A stretch of 64,000 bases of DNA from an uncultured candidatus Brocadiaceae bacterium (GCA_964572825.1 CAZNGS010000007.1:31716-95715), one strand, 5' to 3'; numbered from the stretch's first letter, positions 39,793-50,191 are shown. A program made the numbers and translations. The notes: a model not told the origin generated them from the sequence alone.

Positions 39793-42321
39793 AGCATGAA
39801 AGAGGTGATCGACCTGAACGGGCAATGGCAAGTCGGGCAGCTCTCCACGAACGGGAAACTGACCCCTGAGCAGACGGACGTTCTCACCCGGGGAGAACTC
39901 GGCGGGGAAGCCGGGTGGCTCCGCACGGACATGCCCGCCCAGGTGCAGGACGCCCTGCTATCCAACGGCCTGCTGGAGAACCCCGCCCTGCCGGGCAGGA
40001 TGGAGGACTGGCTGTGGGTGGCGCAGAGGGACTGGGTCTATCGCAAGACCTTCACGGCCCCCGGCGCCGACCGGCCGGTTTACCTCCACTTCAAGGGCCT
40101 GGATACGGTAGCGGACATCTACCTGAACGGGCGCCAGGTGGCCTTCCACAACGATCTCTATCTTCCCGGCCGGGTCGAGATCACGGATGCCCTCGAAGGG
40201 CAGAACGTGCTGCTCGTGCACTTCTACTCGCCCTGGAAGTACGTGGAAACGCTGCCGTTCCCCGACGAATGGGAGGGCAAGTTCCCCCGGCACCGCCTGG
40301 TGCGCAAGACGCAGGAGGATTTCGGCGGCTTCCTGGGCGCCGATCCCCGCTACACGCCCATCGGAATCTATGACGAGGTGGTGCTCGAGCTGCCCGACCG
40401 GATGGAGGTGGAGCACCTGGACCTGCGGACCGGGCTGTCCGATGACTGCGGGACGGGCACGCTGGCGGTGGCGGCCGAGGGCACAGGACGGGCCGAGGGG
40501 GCACGCCTGGAGGTGACCCTGGAAGACCCCGACGGGGAAGGCGTCGCGTCCGCCGAAGTAGATCTGGAACTGCTGGAGGATGATCGGTGGAAGGCCCGCC
40601 TCGACCTGCCCGTGGAGCAGCCGCGCCTGTGGTGGCCGCGTGGCTACGGGGAGCAGCCCCTCTACCGCGTGACGGCGGAACTCGTCGCGGCGGACGGTGC
40701 CCTGGACCGGGTGGTCCGGAGCGTCGGCTTCCGGGAACTCCGAATGGAGGGGGAGTTCGACTGGCGCGTCAACGGCAGGCAGGTCAAGGTCTGGGGAGCG
40801 AACCTGACGCCCCTCAAGGGCCGCACCCACGTATGGGACAGCAAGCGCTGCCGGCGGGTGCTGGACATGGTGGAGAACGCCAACATGAACGCACTGCGAG
40901 CCTGGGGCCCCGGCGCGCCCTACCACGAGGAGTTCTTCGAGGAAGCCGACCGCCGCGGCATCCTGGTCTGGCACGATTTCTTCCACACCTGGGGGATGTA
41001 TCCGGACGACGAAGAATACCGCGCCCTGTGCCGCCGGGAGGCCGAGCACTACGTGCGCAGGCTCAGGCACCACCCCTGCATCCTGCTGTGGTGCGGCGCC
41101 AACGAGACGCACATGGGCGCCGAAATGGCCGGGTGCACCGGGGACGACTACGTGGGGCGGGTCATCTTCGAGGAGGACTACCGACAGGTGTGCCGCCGGC
41201 TCGACCCCGAGCGCCATTACCATCCCAGCTCTCCGTCTGGCGGGGCCTTCGCCAACGATCCCCTGGAGGGCGATTCGCATTCCTACACCCATCTGCACTT
41301 CGTGCCGGGAGAACTCCACCCCGTCCTGTTCACGGAAAACACCCGCACGGCGGCGCCGATGCTTAAGACGCTCCGCCGCTACCTGCCGGAAGACGAGCTG
41401 TGGCCGGAGGATTTTACGGGCGTGATGCGCAGCCGCGATGACATGCCCATGCCGGAATCCTGGATGCACATGACGCTGGGCAACGATTTCACCTTCGGGC
41501 GCGTCGGGCCGCTGGGCAAATTCTATAACACCGGTGACACCCCGGAGGGGCTGATCTACTGCCTGGGGGCCGCCCAGGGGCACTACATCCGCCAGTACGT
41601 AGAACGGTACCGCCGCGGCCGACCCGTCACCGATCCGGACGGGCCACGGCGCACGATGGGCCATTTCTGGTGGAAGCTCAACGCCTCCTGGCCGCAGATC
41701 TACAGCGAACTGATCGACTACTACCTCGAGCCGAACATGGGTTACTACTCCATGAGGCGCGCCTACCGGCCGGTGCTGGTGTCCATCGAGATCGGGGACC
41801 ACATCCACGTCTGGGTGGTCAATGACAGCGCGGAACCCGTCCGGGGCACTCTGGTAGTGCAGCTCTACGATATCTTCGAGAACCGGGCCACCGAGGAGTT
41901 GCGCAGGGATGTGCGCGCACCGGCGGGAGAGTCACGGGTGATCACCGACCTGGATGATTTCGGCATGTTCCCGCGCCAGCTCGCCATCTACGCCCGCCTG
42001 CTGGACGAGGAGGGCGCCCTTCTGGCCCGAAGCAGCGACTTCGCCGAGATCGAAGGGCGCCTCCGCTTCCCCGAGGCAAGGCTGGAACTTGGCGAGCAGG
42101 ACGGCATTTTGACCGTGACAACAGACGCCTACGCCCGCTGCATCGAGCTGCGGGGCGATCAAGAGGGGGACGCGTTCGGATGGCTGTTTGAGGACAACTT
42201 CTTCGATCTGTTCCCGGACGAGACGAAGGAGGTCCGCATCCTGGAGCGGCACCGGCGCGGGGCCGTCACGGCCCGCTCGCAGTTCTCGCCGCACGCGGCG
42301 CAGGTCGCCGTCGAGGGGTAG
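39793..42321 (+). CDS. GH2 family beta-mannosidase-like glycoside hydrolase
   Basis: Architecture and motifs of GH2 beta-mannosidases (…LLWCGANE… acid/base region, WHDFF); ~842 aa from MKEVIDLNGQWQ. Confidence 0.75.
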   Translation, partial: SMKEVIDLNGQWQVGQLSTNGKLTPEQTDVLTRGELGGEAGWLRTDMPAQVQDALLSNGLLENPALPGRMEDWLWVAQRDWVYRKTFTAPGADRPVYLHFKGLDTVADIYLNGRQVAFHNDLYLPGRVEITDALEGQNVLLVHFYSPWKYVETLPFPDEWEGKFPRHRLVRKTQEDFGGFLGADPRYTPIGIYDEVVLELPDRMEVEHLDLRTGLSDDCGTGTLAVAAEGTGRAEGARLEVTLEDPDGEGVASAEVDLELLEDDRWKARLDLPVEQPRLWWPRGYGEQPLYRVTAELVAADGALDRVVRSVGFRELRMEGEFDWRVNGRQVKVWGANLTPLKGRTHVWDSKRCRRVLDMVENANMNALRAWGPGAPYHEEFFEEADRRGILVWHDFFHTWGMYPDDEEYRALCRREAEHYVRRLRHHPCILLWCGANETHMGAEMAGCTGDDYVGRVIFEEDYRQVCRRLDPERHYHPSSPSGGAFANDPLEGDSHSYTHLHFVPGELHPVLFTENTRTAAPMLKTLRRYLPEDELWPEDFTGVMRSRDDMPMPESWMHMTLGNDFTFGRVGPLGKFYNTGDTPEGLIYCLGAAQGHYIRQYVERYRRGRPVTDPDGPRRTMGHFWWKLNASWPQIYSELIDYYLEPNMGYYSMRRAYRPVLVSIEIGDHIHVWVVNDSAEPVRGTLVVQLYDIFENRATEELRRDVRAPAGESRVITDLDDFGMFPRQLAIYARLLDEEGALLARSSDFAEIEGRLRFPEARLELGEQDGILTVTTDAYARCIELRGDQEGDAFGWLFEDNFFDLFPDETKEVRILERHRRGAVTARSQFSPHAAQVAVEG

Positions 42322-42345
42322 CGCTGAGCCGCGGAATGAGCGCTG

Positions 42346-44424
42346 CTACTCCCGGTCTGGCTCTTCGCGCTCTGCCTGGGTCTGCCGTCGGGCCTCCGGG
42401 CTCAGCCCGGCCAGGTGGTGCGTCTTGACGGCAATGGCGATGCACGCGGCCAGCCCGCCGAACAACAGCGCCGCCGCCACCGCGGCCACGGCCGCCGGCG
42501 CCACCAGCTCGCCCACCTTCTGCCCCGCCTCGACTCCGCCGGAGGCATAATACAGGTAGGCAAGGATCCCGGCGAACAGCACCCCCGTCGCGCCGATGCC
42601 CGCCGTGGCCCAGTAGTGGCGCGAAAGCAGCAGCGCCCCGACGAGTATGAACACGAACCAGCCCCATCCGGCCAGGGTCACCGCGTGTGCCAGGATGCCG
42701 TCGTAATTCCCGTACACCTCAGCGATGTCCGTAAGGAACTGGTTCCCCAGCAGGTAGACGAGAACGGCCGGCGTGACGACTTTGACGAAGGCGTCGAACC
42801 AGTTGTGGACCTTTATCTCGCTGTGTTCGTTGATGTAGTCCTTCAGCTCGTGCAGGTGGAAGAAGTAGCCCACGGCGATGCACTCCATAAGACCCACCAG
42901 GGGAAGCCCGTAGTTGTTCATCCAGTTGTCCACGATGTCCAGCCACATCTTGCCGCTGCGGGTGCAGAAAACAAGGCTTCCGGCGAAGCCCGCGGCGCAG
43001 AAGATGGCCGTCATCGCCGGACGCGAGAGCCCCGGGAAGCGGTCCCGGAACCCGGTCACCACCCCTTCCACGATGCTGAACGCACTGTCGATGCCCAGCG
43101 TGATGAGGCAGGCAAAAAACAGGAACGAGACCAGGCCGATCGCCCAGCCCGCCATGGGCATTTTCGCCAGGGCGATGGGATAGGTGACGAACACCAGCCC
43201 GGGGCCGCCGGCCACCACCTCGCCCACCGGCTGGGCCTCCAGGTAGGCCAGGTAGCCCAGCACGCTGAACACCGCCAGCCCGGCGATGAAACTCGTCGCG
43301 CAGTTGCCCAGGCTGGTGATGAAGGCGCTGTTGGTGACGTCGCTCTCGGGCGGCATGTAGCTGGCGTAGGCGATCAAAATGCCGAACCCCAGGCTCAGGC
43401 TGAAGAATATCTGTCCATAGGCGGCGATCCAGACGTCCGGGTCCTTCAGCAAGGCCCAGTTCGGCCTCAGGTAGTAGATGAGCCCCTCGACGGCGCCGGG
43501 CAGGGTCAGCCCGCGCACCAGAACGATCAACAGAAGGACGACCGGCAGCGGCACTGTGATCATCACCACGCGGCCGACGTTCCGCACTCCCTTGAAGATG
43601 ATCAGGAAGATGAGCAGCCAGGTCAGCGCGGCGCCCGCCACCAGCGCGGGAGTGAACCGGAACATGTTCCCCGTGTAGGCCACCTCTCCGCCCGGAGGAG
43701 CGCGCTCCTCCTGTGTGGTCGCGCTGTTGTAGGCGTGCGCCGCCCGCCAGAAATCGGGCTGATATCCGCCGAGGCAGACCTCGTTGAAGTAATTGTCAAC
43801 GTTCTCGCCCAGAGGCACGTAGCGCAGCCCCTGTCGGGGGGACCCGTGCTCCTGCTCCTTGCGGAGCCGTTCCACCTCCTCGGGCAGCAGGATGGGGAGT
43901 TGCTCCTCCTCGGGCCGTTCCCGCTGGAGCTCCTGCAGCCTGGCCTTCCTCTCCCTGTCCGGTGCGGGCAGGTAGAGACGCACGCGCTCCGGGGGGGTTT
44001 CCAGCGTCTGCGGGCGGCCGTTTTTCTCGATCACCTCGGCAACAGGGGCGGGCTTGCTCCACGCGACGGTCCACGACGCCACGGCGAAGCGCCACGCATA
44101 GGCCATGATCACCACGTAGTAGGTGGTGATGGTGGCGCCGACCAGCAGGGCGAACCAGCCCACCCACCGGAATTTGCTCGTCACGGCGGCCAGGGCCTGG
44201 GGGGCGCCGCCCTGGTATTTCTGCCCCAGGGCGTACTCGATGATCATCAGGGGAATGCCCGCGCTGACCAGGGCGATCAGGTAGGGTATGAAAAAGGCCC
44301 CGCCGCCGCTCTTGAAGGCCACGTAGGGGAAGCGCCACAGGTTGCCCAACCCCACCGCGCTGCCCACGGCCGCCATGATGAACGCCGCCCGGTTCGTCCA
44401 CCTGTCCCTTCCCTGCTGGGCCAT
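42346..44424 (-). CDS. Sodium:neurotransmitter symporter family (SNF/NSS, SLC6-like) transporter with large inserted loop
   Basis: AVGSAVGLGNLWRFPY signature in TM1; ~12 TM; ~150-aa charged insertion (…ERKARLQELQRERPEEEQLPILLPEEVERLRKEQEHG…) between early TM helices. Confidence 0.8.
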   Translation of the reverse strand: MAQQGRDRWTNRAAFIMAAVGSAVGLGNLWRFPYVAFKSGGGAFFIPYLIALVSAGIPLMIIEYALGQKYQGGAPQALAAVTSKFRWVGWFALLVGATITTYYVVIMAYAWRFAVASWTVAWSKPAPVAEVIEKNGRPQTLETPPERVRLYLPAPDRERKARLQELQRERPEEEQLPILLPEEVERLRKEQEHGSPRQGLRYVPLGENVDNYFNEVCLGGYQPDFWRAAHAYNSATTQEERAPPGGEVAYTGNMFRFTPALVAGAALTWLLIFLIIFKGVRNVGRVVMITVPLPVVLLLIVLVRGLTLPGAVEGLIYYLRPNWALLKDPDVWIAAYGQIFFSLSLGFGILIAYASYMPPESDVTNSAFITSLGNCATSFIAGLAVFSVLGYLAYLEAQPVGEVVAGGPGLVFVTYPIALAKMPMAGWAIGLVSFLFFACLITLGIDSAFSIVEGVVTGFRDRFPGLSRPAMTAIFCAAGFAGSLVFCTRSGKMWLDIVDNWMNNYGLPLVGLMECIAVGYFFHLHELKDYINEHSEIKVHNWFDAFVKVVTPAVLVYLLGNQFLTDIAEVYGNYDGILAHAVTLAGWGWFVFILVGALLLSRHYWATAGIGATGVLFAGILAYLYYASGGVEAGQKVGELVAPAAVAAVAAALLFGGLAACIAIAVKTHHLAGLSPEARRQTQAEREEPDRE

Positions 44425-44680
44425 AATCGCCTCGTTCCGATGAAGTCGCAACGGGGAGAACGCACGGCCGGTCCGGCCGATTTGCGCGGTATTCTAACCA
44501 ACGCATCGCGAGAATATCAACCGGAGAGGCGGGCTGAGGGAGGGGCCGTCTGCCATTTCGACAGGCAGGCGGCGCGCCATGTCAGATTGACAGTGCGGGA
44601 GCCCCCGGCGTCAGAATACACGGCCGGGTCATAAGTCATAAGTGCTTGCCAGGGCGATCCTTGCAGATGAACCACTCCAT

Positions 44681-44696
44681 TGGCATGCTCGTTGCT
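44681..44696 (+). promoter_or_regulatory. Candidate sigma-54 (-24/-12) promoter TGGCAT-N5-TTGCT upstream of hsp20
   Basis: tggcatgctcgttgct matches TGGCAC-N5-TTGCW with correct GG/GC spacing, ~75 nt upstream of CDS; aaggagg RBS before ATG. Confidence 0.5.
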
Positions 44697-44770
44697 TGTT
44701 ACATGAGTGGATTGAGCGAGTCAGTTCACTCCATCAACAATCGAAACTCTAAGTTAAGGAGGTGCGAACG

Positions 44771-45223
44771 ATGGCTGACATCGTCAGACGAAAGCCGAGT
44801 TCGCCGGGTTCGTACTTTTCGTTGCCGTTCCGGCGGCTGTTCGAGGATTTCTTCGAAGACCTCGAAGGCGAGACCGGACTGACCCGCTGGCCGGAACGCC
44901 GTTTCGTCCCAGCCGTGGACGTGGTCGAGGAGCAGGATTCCGTTAAGCTCACCGCCGAGGTCCCCGGCATGACGAAGGAGGACCTGGACGTGAGCATCGA
45001 TAACGGCGTGCTCACCCTGCGCGGCGAGAAGAAGGAGGAACAGACCGCCGAGGAAGCCGGCTATCACCGGGTTGAGCGGCGCTACGGCTCCTTCGAGCGG
45101 CGCATCCGTCTGCCGGATTACGTGGACGCCGACCAGATCGAAGCCACGTACGAAAACGGCGTGCTGAAGCTGACCATGCCGAAGACGGAGAGCGCCCGGG
45201 CCAGGTCCATCCAGATCAAGTGA
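44771..45223 (+). CDS. Hsp20/alpha-crystallin family small heat-shock protein
   Basis: alpha-crystallin domain (…PAVDVVEEQDSVKLTAEVPGMTKEDLDVSIDNGVLTLRGEKK…YENGVLKLTMPK). Confidence 0.85.
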   Translation: MADIVRRKPSSPGSYFSLPFRRLFEDFFEDLEGETGLTRWPERRFVPAVDVVEEQDSVKLTAEVPGMTKEDLDVSIDNGVLTLRGEKKEEQTAEEAGYHRVERRYGSFERRIRLPDYVDADQIEATYENGVLKLTMPKTESARARSIQIK

Positions 45224-45304
45224 CCGGCCAGCCGTCGACAGGGACGGCATAACCGGCGTAACACAAGCCGGCGGCGGATATATTCGCCGCCGGCTCTCTT
45301 GCTG

Positions 45305-45736
45305 TCAGGCGCTCAGCGCGTCCCATTGAGTGGCCGCGGCGACCAGCACCCCGTAGGAGACGCACCAGGCGGCCAGCACCGCCCAGAAATCCGGCCGCGC
45401 CAGAACCATCGGCCTGGTCTGATCGCCTATCAGGGCAGCGGCGATGGGTATGGTGGCTGCAACGCAGACCACGCCCAGCCAGACCACCGCCTCCCGGCGC
45501 CCGTTCAGAAGCCCCGTCCCTATCAGAAGGAACACGAACCACGTCAGGAGGCTCATGGCCGTCACCGTGAGCATCGCCATCAAATAGGCCGAATCGAAAG
45601 GCCCCGCCAACGCCTGGATGCCCCCGTATACCGCCACCGCCAGTATGCCAGCGGTTGCGGTGATCAGAAGCAGTCCCCCGGCGCCCCGGACCCTTGCCGG
45701 CACCGCCCGGCTGCTTTTGCCCATGTGTGTGTTCAA
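45305..45736 (-). CDS. Hypothetical membrane protein (4 TM)
   Basis: 143-aa hydrophobic ORF. Confidence 0.45.
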   Translation of the reverse strand: MNTHMGKSSRAVPARVRGAGGLLLITATAGILAVAVYGGIQALAGPFDSAYLMAMLTVTAMSLLTWFVFLLIGTGLLNGRREAVVWLGVVCVAATIPIAAALIGDQTRPMVLARPDFWAVLAAWCVSYGVLVAAATQWDALSA

Positions 45737-45744
45737 CCTCCTTA

Positions 45745-46956
45745 TTAATGGATCTGCGGCATTTCGGACAGCTCGACTCCCTGCGGGGCCCGGGCCCGGG
45801 TCAGGAGCGCCTCCAGCAGGCCCCGGTTCTTGTCCGGCTTCGTGGTGCAGGCGATGACCTTCTCGTGGTCCATCCGGTTCACCCGCTCGTTCATGGCCTT
45901 AATGGCGTCCATGCAGTTGATGAGGGCGCGGTCCACGGGCATGCGTTCCGGGTTGATGTCGATGCCGAAGTAGCCCTGGTAACCGTGCATCTTCAGCACG
46001 TAGAGGGCAGCCTCGGCCTGCTCCGGGCTGATGACCCCCACGTTCTGGTCCTGGTCGTAGTTGCCCAGCGGCTGGGAGTTCCAGTGCGTGTGGAACAGCC
46101 GCCCGTACTCCATCACCAGGCTGAAGGCGTAGGCCAGGTCCTCGTAACCCATCAGCACGTGACCCACCTCGGGGTTCATGCCCACCAGGGCCTCGCCCCG
46201 GTCCAGTGTTTCCCGGTTCTCCGGAGCCTCCAGCATGGACTCCACCTTCTGGCCCATCAGCAGGCCCTCCGGGGTGGTGCCGTAGATGATCTTCGCCCGC
46301 GGCTCGTAGGGCTTCGGCTCCTCCGCCACCCGCACCCCGGGTACGGCGTCCATGGCCTCGGCCAGACCCTCGCAGAAGCGGTCGCGCGCCGCGGCGAAGT
46401 CGATGCCGAAGGCATTCTCGTAACCGTCAATGCCCGGCCAGACGATCGAGAAATCGCTGTCGATCCGCTTGTTCAGCTTCAGGGCGGTCTTGGCGCGCTC
46501 GATGGCGTTGCGGCGAACCTCCGGAATGGGGCTGCTGAGCGCGCCGAACTCGAACTGGCGGTCGAAGAAAAGGTTCGGCACGATGGTGATCAGCCGGATG
46601 CCCGTCTCCTCACCGAACTGGACATAGCGGTCGATGTTGCCCTCGTTCACCTCGTTCGGGTAGTGCGCCTCCAGGCCGCAGAGGCCGTGCTCCTTCAGAG
46701 GCGCGGCGAACTCGAACACCCGCTCCAGCCACTCGTCCGGGTCCTCGGGCCTGTCCACGTAGGCATCGTGGAACCGGCCCCCGCCGGGGAAGAAAAACCA
46801 CACGCCCGCGGAGAACTTCAGGTCCAGCTCGAAATCGTTCAGGTGCTCGATCATCTCCTCCGGCGAGCGCCGCACCGTCTGCGGTCTTGTATCAACCCAG
46901 CCCATCTGGTCCACCTCCCAGGCGTAGAAGTCATGGTCCCCCATGTTATCGCACAT
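45745..46956 (-). CDS. Xylose isomerase-like TIM-barrel protein (XylA-related sugar isomerase)
   Basis: [17 protein letters not shown] (cf. XylA TIEPKPKEP), [20 protein letters not shown] (cf. NIEANHATLAGH), FGIDINP; ~400 aa. Confidence 0.65.
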   Translation of the reverse strand: MCDNMGDHDFYAWEVDQMGWVDTRPQTVRRSPEEMIEHLNDFELDLKFSAGVWFFFPGGGRFHDAYVDRPEDPDEWLERVFEFAAPLKEHGLCGLEAHYPNEVNEGNIDRYVQFGEETGIRLITIVPNLFFDRQFEFGALSSPIPEVRRNAIERAKTALKLNKRIDSDFSIVWPGIDGYENAFGIDFAAARDRFCEGLAEAMDAVPGVRVAEEPKPYEPRAKIIYGTTPEGLLMGQKVESMLEAPENRETLDRGEALVGMNPEVGHVLMGYEDLAYAFSLVMEYGRLFHTHWNSQPLGNYDQDQNVGVISPEQAEAALYVLKMHGYQGYFGIDINPERMPVDRALINCMDAIKAMNERVNRMDHEKVIACTTKPDKNRGLLEALLTRARAPQGVELSEMPQIH

Positions 46957-47148
46957 CGGGTCCGTTTCAAGTCAACCGGACCGCCGCAGTGCTCCGCCCC
47001 CGCGCGTGGACCCTGCGCGAGGCCGCGAGGATGCGCTGGAATGTTCTTGACGGGCTGTTCTATGTTGATAAGATGCTATGGACTTCGAACGCAATGTAGA
47101 GGAACCGCCGAGGTTCCTCATCCGGAACTCCAGCAGGCAGAAGCTCGC

Positions 47149-48516
47149 ATGGGCGCCGCTACCCGCATCGTGCTGCCGGAGGACCAGATCCCCAGGCAGT
47201 GGTACAACATCCAGGCCGATCTGCCCAGTCCTCTCAGCCCGCCCCTTAACCCGGCCACGGGCAAGCCCATAGACCCGGAGGATCCGGCACCGGTTTTCCC
47301 CATGAACCTGATCGAACAGGAAGTGAGCCAGGAACGCTGGATCGACATCCCGGAGCCTGTCCTGGCGAAACTGGCGCTGTGGCGGCCCAGCCCTTTGCAT
47401 CGGGCCCTGGCGCTGGAGGAAGCGCTCGACACTCCCGCCAGAATCTACTACAAGAACGAGGGCGTCTCGCCCCCCGGCAGCCATAAGCCCAATACCGCCG
47501 TGGCCCAGGCGTACTACAATAAGGCGTTCGGCGTCAAGCGATTGACAACCGAGACGGGGGCCGGCCAGTGGGGCAGCGCCCTGGCCATGGCCTGCTGCCT
47601 GTTCGACCTGGAATGCAGGGTCTACATGGTGCGCGTGAGCTTCGACCAGAAGCCCTTCCGCAAGCTGATGATGCAGGCGTGGAACGCCGAGTGCATCGCC
47701 AGCCCCAGCGAACGCACTCAGTTCGGGCAGAAGGTGCTGAAGGAGAAACCCGACACGCCGGGAAGCCTGGGCATTGCCATCAGCGAGGCCATCGAAGACG
47801 CCGTGCAGAGCGAAGATGCCCGCTACAGCCTGGGAAGCGTCCTGAATCACGTTCTGCTGCATCAGACCATCATTGGCCAGGAGGCCAGGAAGCAGATGGA
47901 GATGGCCGGGGATTATCCCGACGTGGTGATCGGGTGCGCGGGGGGCGGCTCGAACTTCGCCGGGCTGGCCTTCCCCTTCGCGCACGACAAGATCAACGGC
48001 CAACAGGTGCGCATCATGGCAACCGAGCCCACCGCCTGCCCGACGATGACCCGGGCCCCGTTCGCATACGACTTCGGCGACACGGCCATGCAGACGCCCC
48101 TGCTGCCCATGCATACGCTGGGTCACAATTTCGTGCCGCCGCCGATCCACGCCGGAGGACTGCGCTACCACGGCCTGGCCCCCCTGGTCAGCAAGCTGAT
48201 TCAGAAGGAACTCGTGGAGGCCCGGGCGCTGCACCAGGTAGAGTGCTACGAGGCCGCGGTCACCTTTGCCCGCACGGAAGGCTTCATCCCCGCACCGGAG
48301 ACCTCCCACGCCATCGCCGCAGCCATCCAGGAGGCCGAACAGGCCAAAGAGGAGGGGAAGGAGAAGGTCATCCTCATGAACTGGTCCGGCCACGGGCTGA
48401 TGGACCTTTCCGGCTACGACGCCTTCTTCCGGGGCGAACTGGTGGACTATCCCTTGCCCGAGGACGAGCTCCAGGAATCCCTGACTTCCATCGAGGGACT
48501 CCCCAAACCCGAGTGA
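47149..48516 (+). CDS. trpB: TrpB2-type tryptophan synthase beta-like PLP enzyme
   Basis: 455 aa, TrpB2-length; PLP fold-type II motifs (…[13 protein letters not shown]…, [12 protein letters not shown]); no trpA adjacent. Confidence 0.75.
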   Translation: MGAATRIVLPEDQIPRQWYNIQADLPSPLSPPLNPATGKPIDPEDPAPVFPMNLIEQEVSQERWIDIPEPVLAKLALWRPSPLHRALALEEALDTPARIYYKNEGVSPPGSHKPNTAVAQAYYNKAFGVKRLTTETGAGQWGSALAMACCLFDLECRVYMVRVSFDQKPFRKLMMQAWNAECIASPSERTQFGQKVLKEKPDTPGSLGIAISEAIEDAVQSEDARYSLGSVLNHVLLHQTIIGQEARKQMEMAGDYPDVVIGCAGGGSNFAGLAFPFAHDKINGQQVRIMATEPTACPTMTRAPFAYDFGDTAMQTPLLPMHTLGHNFVPPPIHAGGLRYHGLAPLVSKLIQKELVEARALHQVECYEAAVTFARTEGFIPAPETSHAIAAAIQEAEQAKEEGKEKVILMNWSGHGLMDLSGYDAFFRGELVDYPLPEDELQESLTSIEGLPKPE

Positions 48517-48806
48517 TGAGCGAGCTGGAGGAACACGACGAGCGACGGCGCCGCTGCCCGCGGCTGGGCCACGCGGTGACTTTTCGCTACTGCCGAACCC
48601 AGGAAGGGGGCCGGCTCTGCGCCCGCATCCTCGACTGCTGGTGGGAGGTTTTCGACGTCCGGGGTTTCCTGCAGGAGCACTATCCCGAGGAGCGGGTCGA
48701 GGAGCTGCGGCGGCGAGAGCGGCCGGACAAACTGGCGTCCATCCTGGAGATAGTGCACCGCGTTCAGCGGACGCAGAGCGATGATACGTCCGGGGAAACC
48801 GATTGA
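48516..48806 (+). CDS. Small Cys-containing hypothetical protein translationally coupled to trpB2 (ATGA overlap)
   Basis: 96-aa ORF starting at the trpB2 stop; CPRLGH…YCRTQEGGRLCARILDCWWEVFD. Confidence 0.4.
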   Translation: MSELEEHDERRRRCPRLGHAVTFRYCRTQEGGRLCARILDCWWEVFDVRGFLQEHYPEERVEELRRRERPDKLASILEIVHRVQRTQSDDTSGETD

Positions 48807-48921
48807 AACTGCGCGGTCAGGGGTTAGGGGTTTCTTGCGGGAAGGGGGTGATGCACGCGTCGCGAGGTTTCGTCGGAAAGCCCGTGCGTCAGTACGATAA
48901 CCCAGATTTCGGAGGGTAAGC

Positions 48922-49263
48922 ATGAAGAAGATCGCTTTGCTCACAGTTGTAGGTCTGATGCTGGTTTTCACCGTCGGCTGCGCCGGCGGCGTGTACGTGA
49001 CGCCCGTTCAGCCGCCGCCCGGTCTGATGTTCGCCCGGCTCAACGGCCCCATCAGCAACAACTTTGACGCCGGCGCAGTGGTCACGATGAAAAAAGGAAC
49101 GGCCACGTCGGAGAACGTGTTGGGGCTGGTGTCTGTCGGTGACTGCAGCCTGTCGGCGGCAGCCCAGGACGGCAACATCCGCAAGATCCATTACGCGGAC
49201 TACCAGTTCGAGAACATCCTGGGCGTCTACTCCAAGTTCACCACCGTGGTGTACGGCGAGTAG
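48922..49263 (+). CDS. Lipoprotein, hypothetical
   Basis: Signal peptide with lipobox (LVFTVGC); 113 aa. Confidence 0.6.
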   Translation: MKKIALLTVVGLMLVFTVGCAGGVYVTPVQPPPGLMFARLNGPISNNFDAGAVVTMKKGTATSENVLGLVSVGDCSLSAAAQDGNIRKIHYADYQFENILGVYSKFTTVVYGE

Positions 49264-49283
49264 CGCCGGGCCGGACTCGAAAA

Positions 49284-49312
49284 GGGCCGCCTCCCTGGCG
49301 GCCCTTTTTATT
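49284..49312 (+). terminator. Rho-independent terminator
   Basis: gggccgcc-tccct-ggcggccc hairpin followed by tttttatt, 20 bp after lipoprotein stop. Confidence 0.8.
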
Positions 49313-49580
49313 CTATGCTGCCGTCCGCGCACCGTTTGACGGCCGACAGGCACGGGACCGCACAGTGAGAACTGCCGAGCAAATTCTCTCCGACGGAGGT
49401 CAACAGGCAGTCAACTTGAGAACGGCCAATCGCACAGAGCACGGCGGCCCGGTACCCGTGCGGACGTGGTTCCACCTGTTTCATTCCAACTGCCGGGTTC
49501 TGACGGCCGCTTCCTCGGCGGATGCGGCCTACTGCCGAAGTGTTCGGAATGTTCTGTAGCTTGCGAAAGGAGAAAGGAGC

Positions 49581-50078
49581 ATGAGCGCACTTCTGTGCTG
49601 TAAGTCCGGTGGATGGCTGCGCAGTTCGATGCGACGTGCGGCAGCCAGGATGCCCTGCTGCGTTGCGGTTCTTGTTCTGGTTGCGAGCGCTTGTGGCTGT
49701 TCGGTGACCCACTTCCGGGCGCCGGTATCATCAAATCCCCTGCCCGATGTAGCCACGAAAGCCGAAGGTGAATACGCCGTCGAATGGGAAGGAGAAGACA
49801 CACTTAAGCTGCGTGACACCTGGCCTGTTCATTCCATTTTCGTGCTCGGCTGGACCGCCTTCCATGCCGACCTCCATTATGACACCGGAGAACTCAGCGG
49901 CAGCTTCTACCTTCGCAGCCTCCAGTTTCCTATCTATTTCCTTCCATTCTACATTGACACGCAAACGGGCTTATTTGGGGCGGCGCTCAAGCCTTATATG
50001 CGCAAGCAACGAGACCAGATTCTCCGCTGGGCCAACATGGACCCGGACGAGGTGCACTTCCGGCGCAGGTCCAGATAG
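49581..50078 (+). CDS. Hypothetical lipoprotein
   Basis: Internal Met followed by LVLVASACGCS lipobox-like signal; ~150-165 aa. Confidence 0.5.
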   Translation: MSALLCCKSGGWLRSSMRRAAARMPCCVAVLVLVASACGCSVTHFRAPVSSNPLPDVATKAEGEYAVEWEGEDTLKLRDTWPVHSIFVLGWTAFHADLHYDTGELSGSFYLRSLQFPIYFLPFYIDTQTGLFGAALKPYMRKQRDQILRWANMDPDEVHFRRRSR

Positions 50079-50110
50079 TGAACGATCCGCCGGGGCGGTC
50101 GGTGCACCGT

Positions 50111-50139
50111 TTGACGGCCCACGGACGCGGGGCTATACT
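50111..50139 (+). promoter_or_regulatory. Candidate sigma-70-type promoter TTGACG-N17-TATACT upstream of purD; related copy at 49326-49354
   Basis: ttgacggcccacggacgcggggctatact ~50 bp upstream of purD; first copy gcaccgtttgacggccgacagg... upstream of lipoprotein gene shares -35 and downstream ctgccga box. Confidence 0.5.
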
Positions 50140-50191
50140 GTGACGGCTGCCGAACGAGTTTTGCGCTGCGGGCAACGTACGGGAGGTCGGC

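Noticed and set aside
45694-47148. N-terminal 485 aa of the 940-aa ORF 45694-48516 as part of the TrpB2 gene
   Set aside because: That portion is antisense to the xylose-isomerase-like gene and is low-complexity. TrpB2 homology begins at the internal Met at 47149, giving a normal 455-aa protein.
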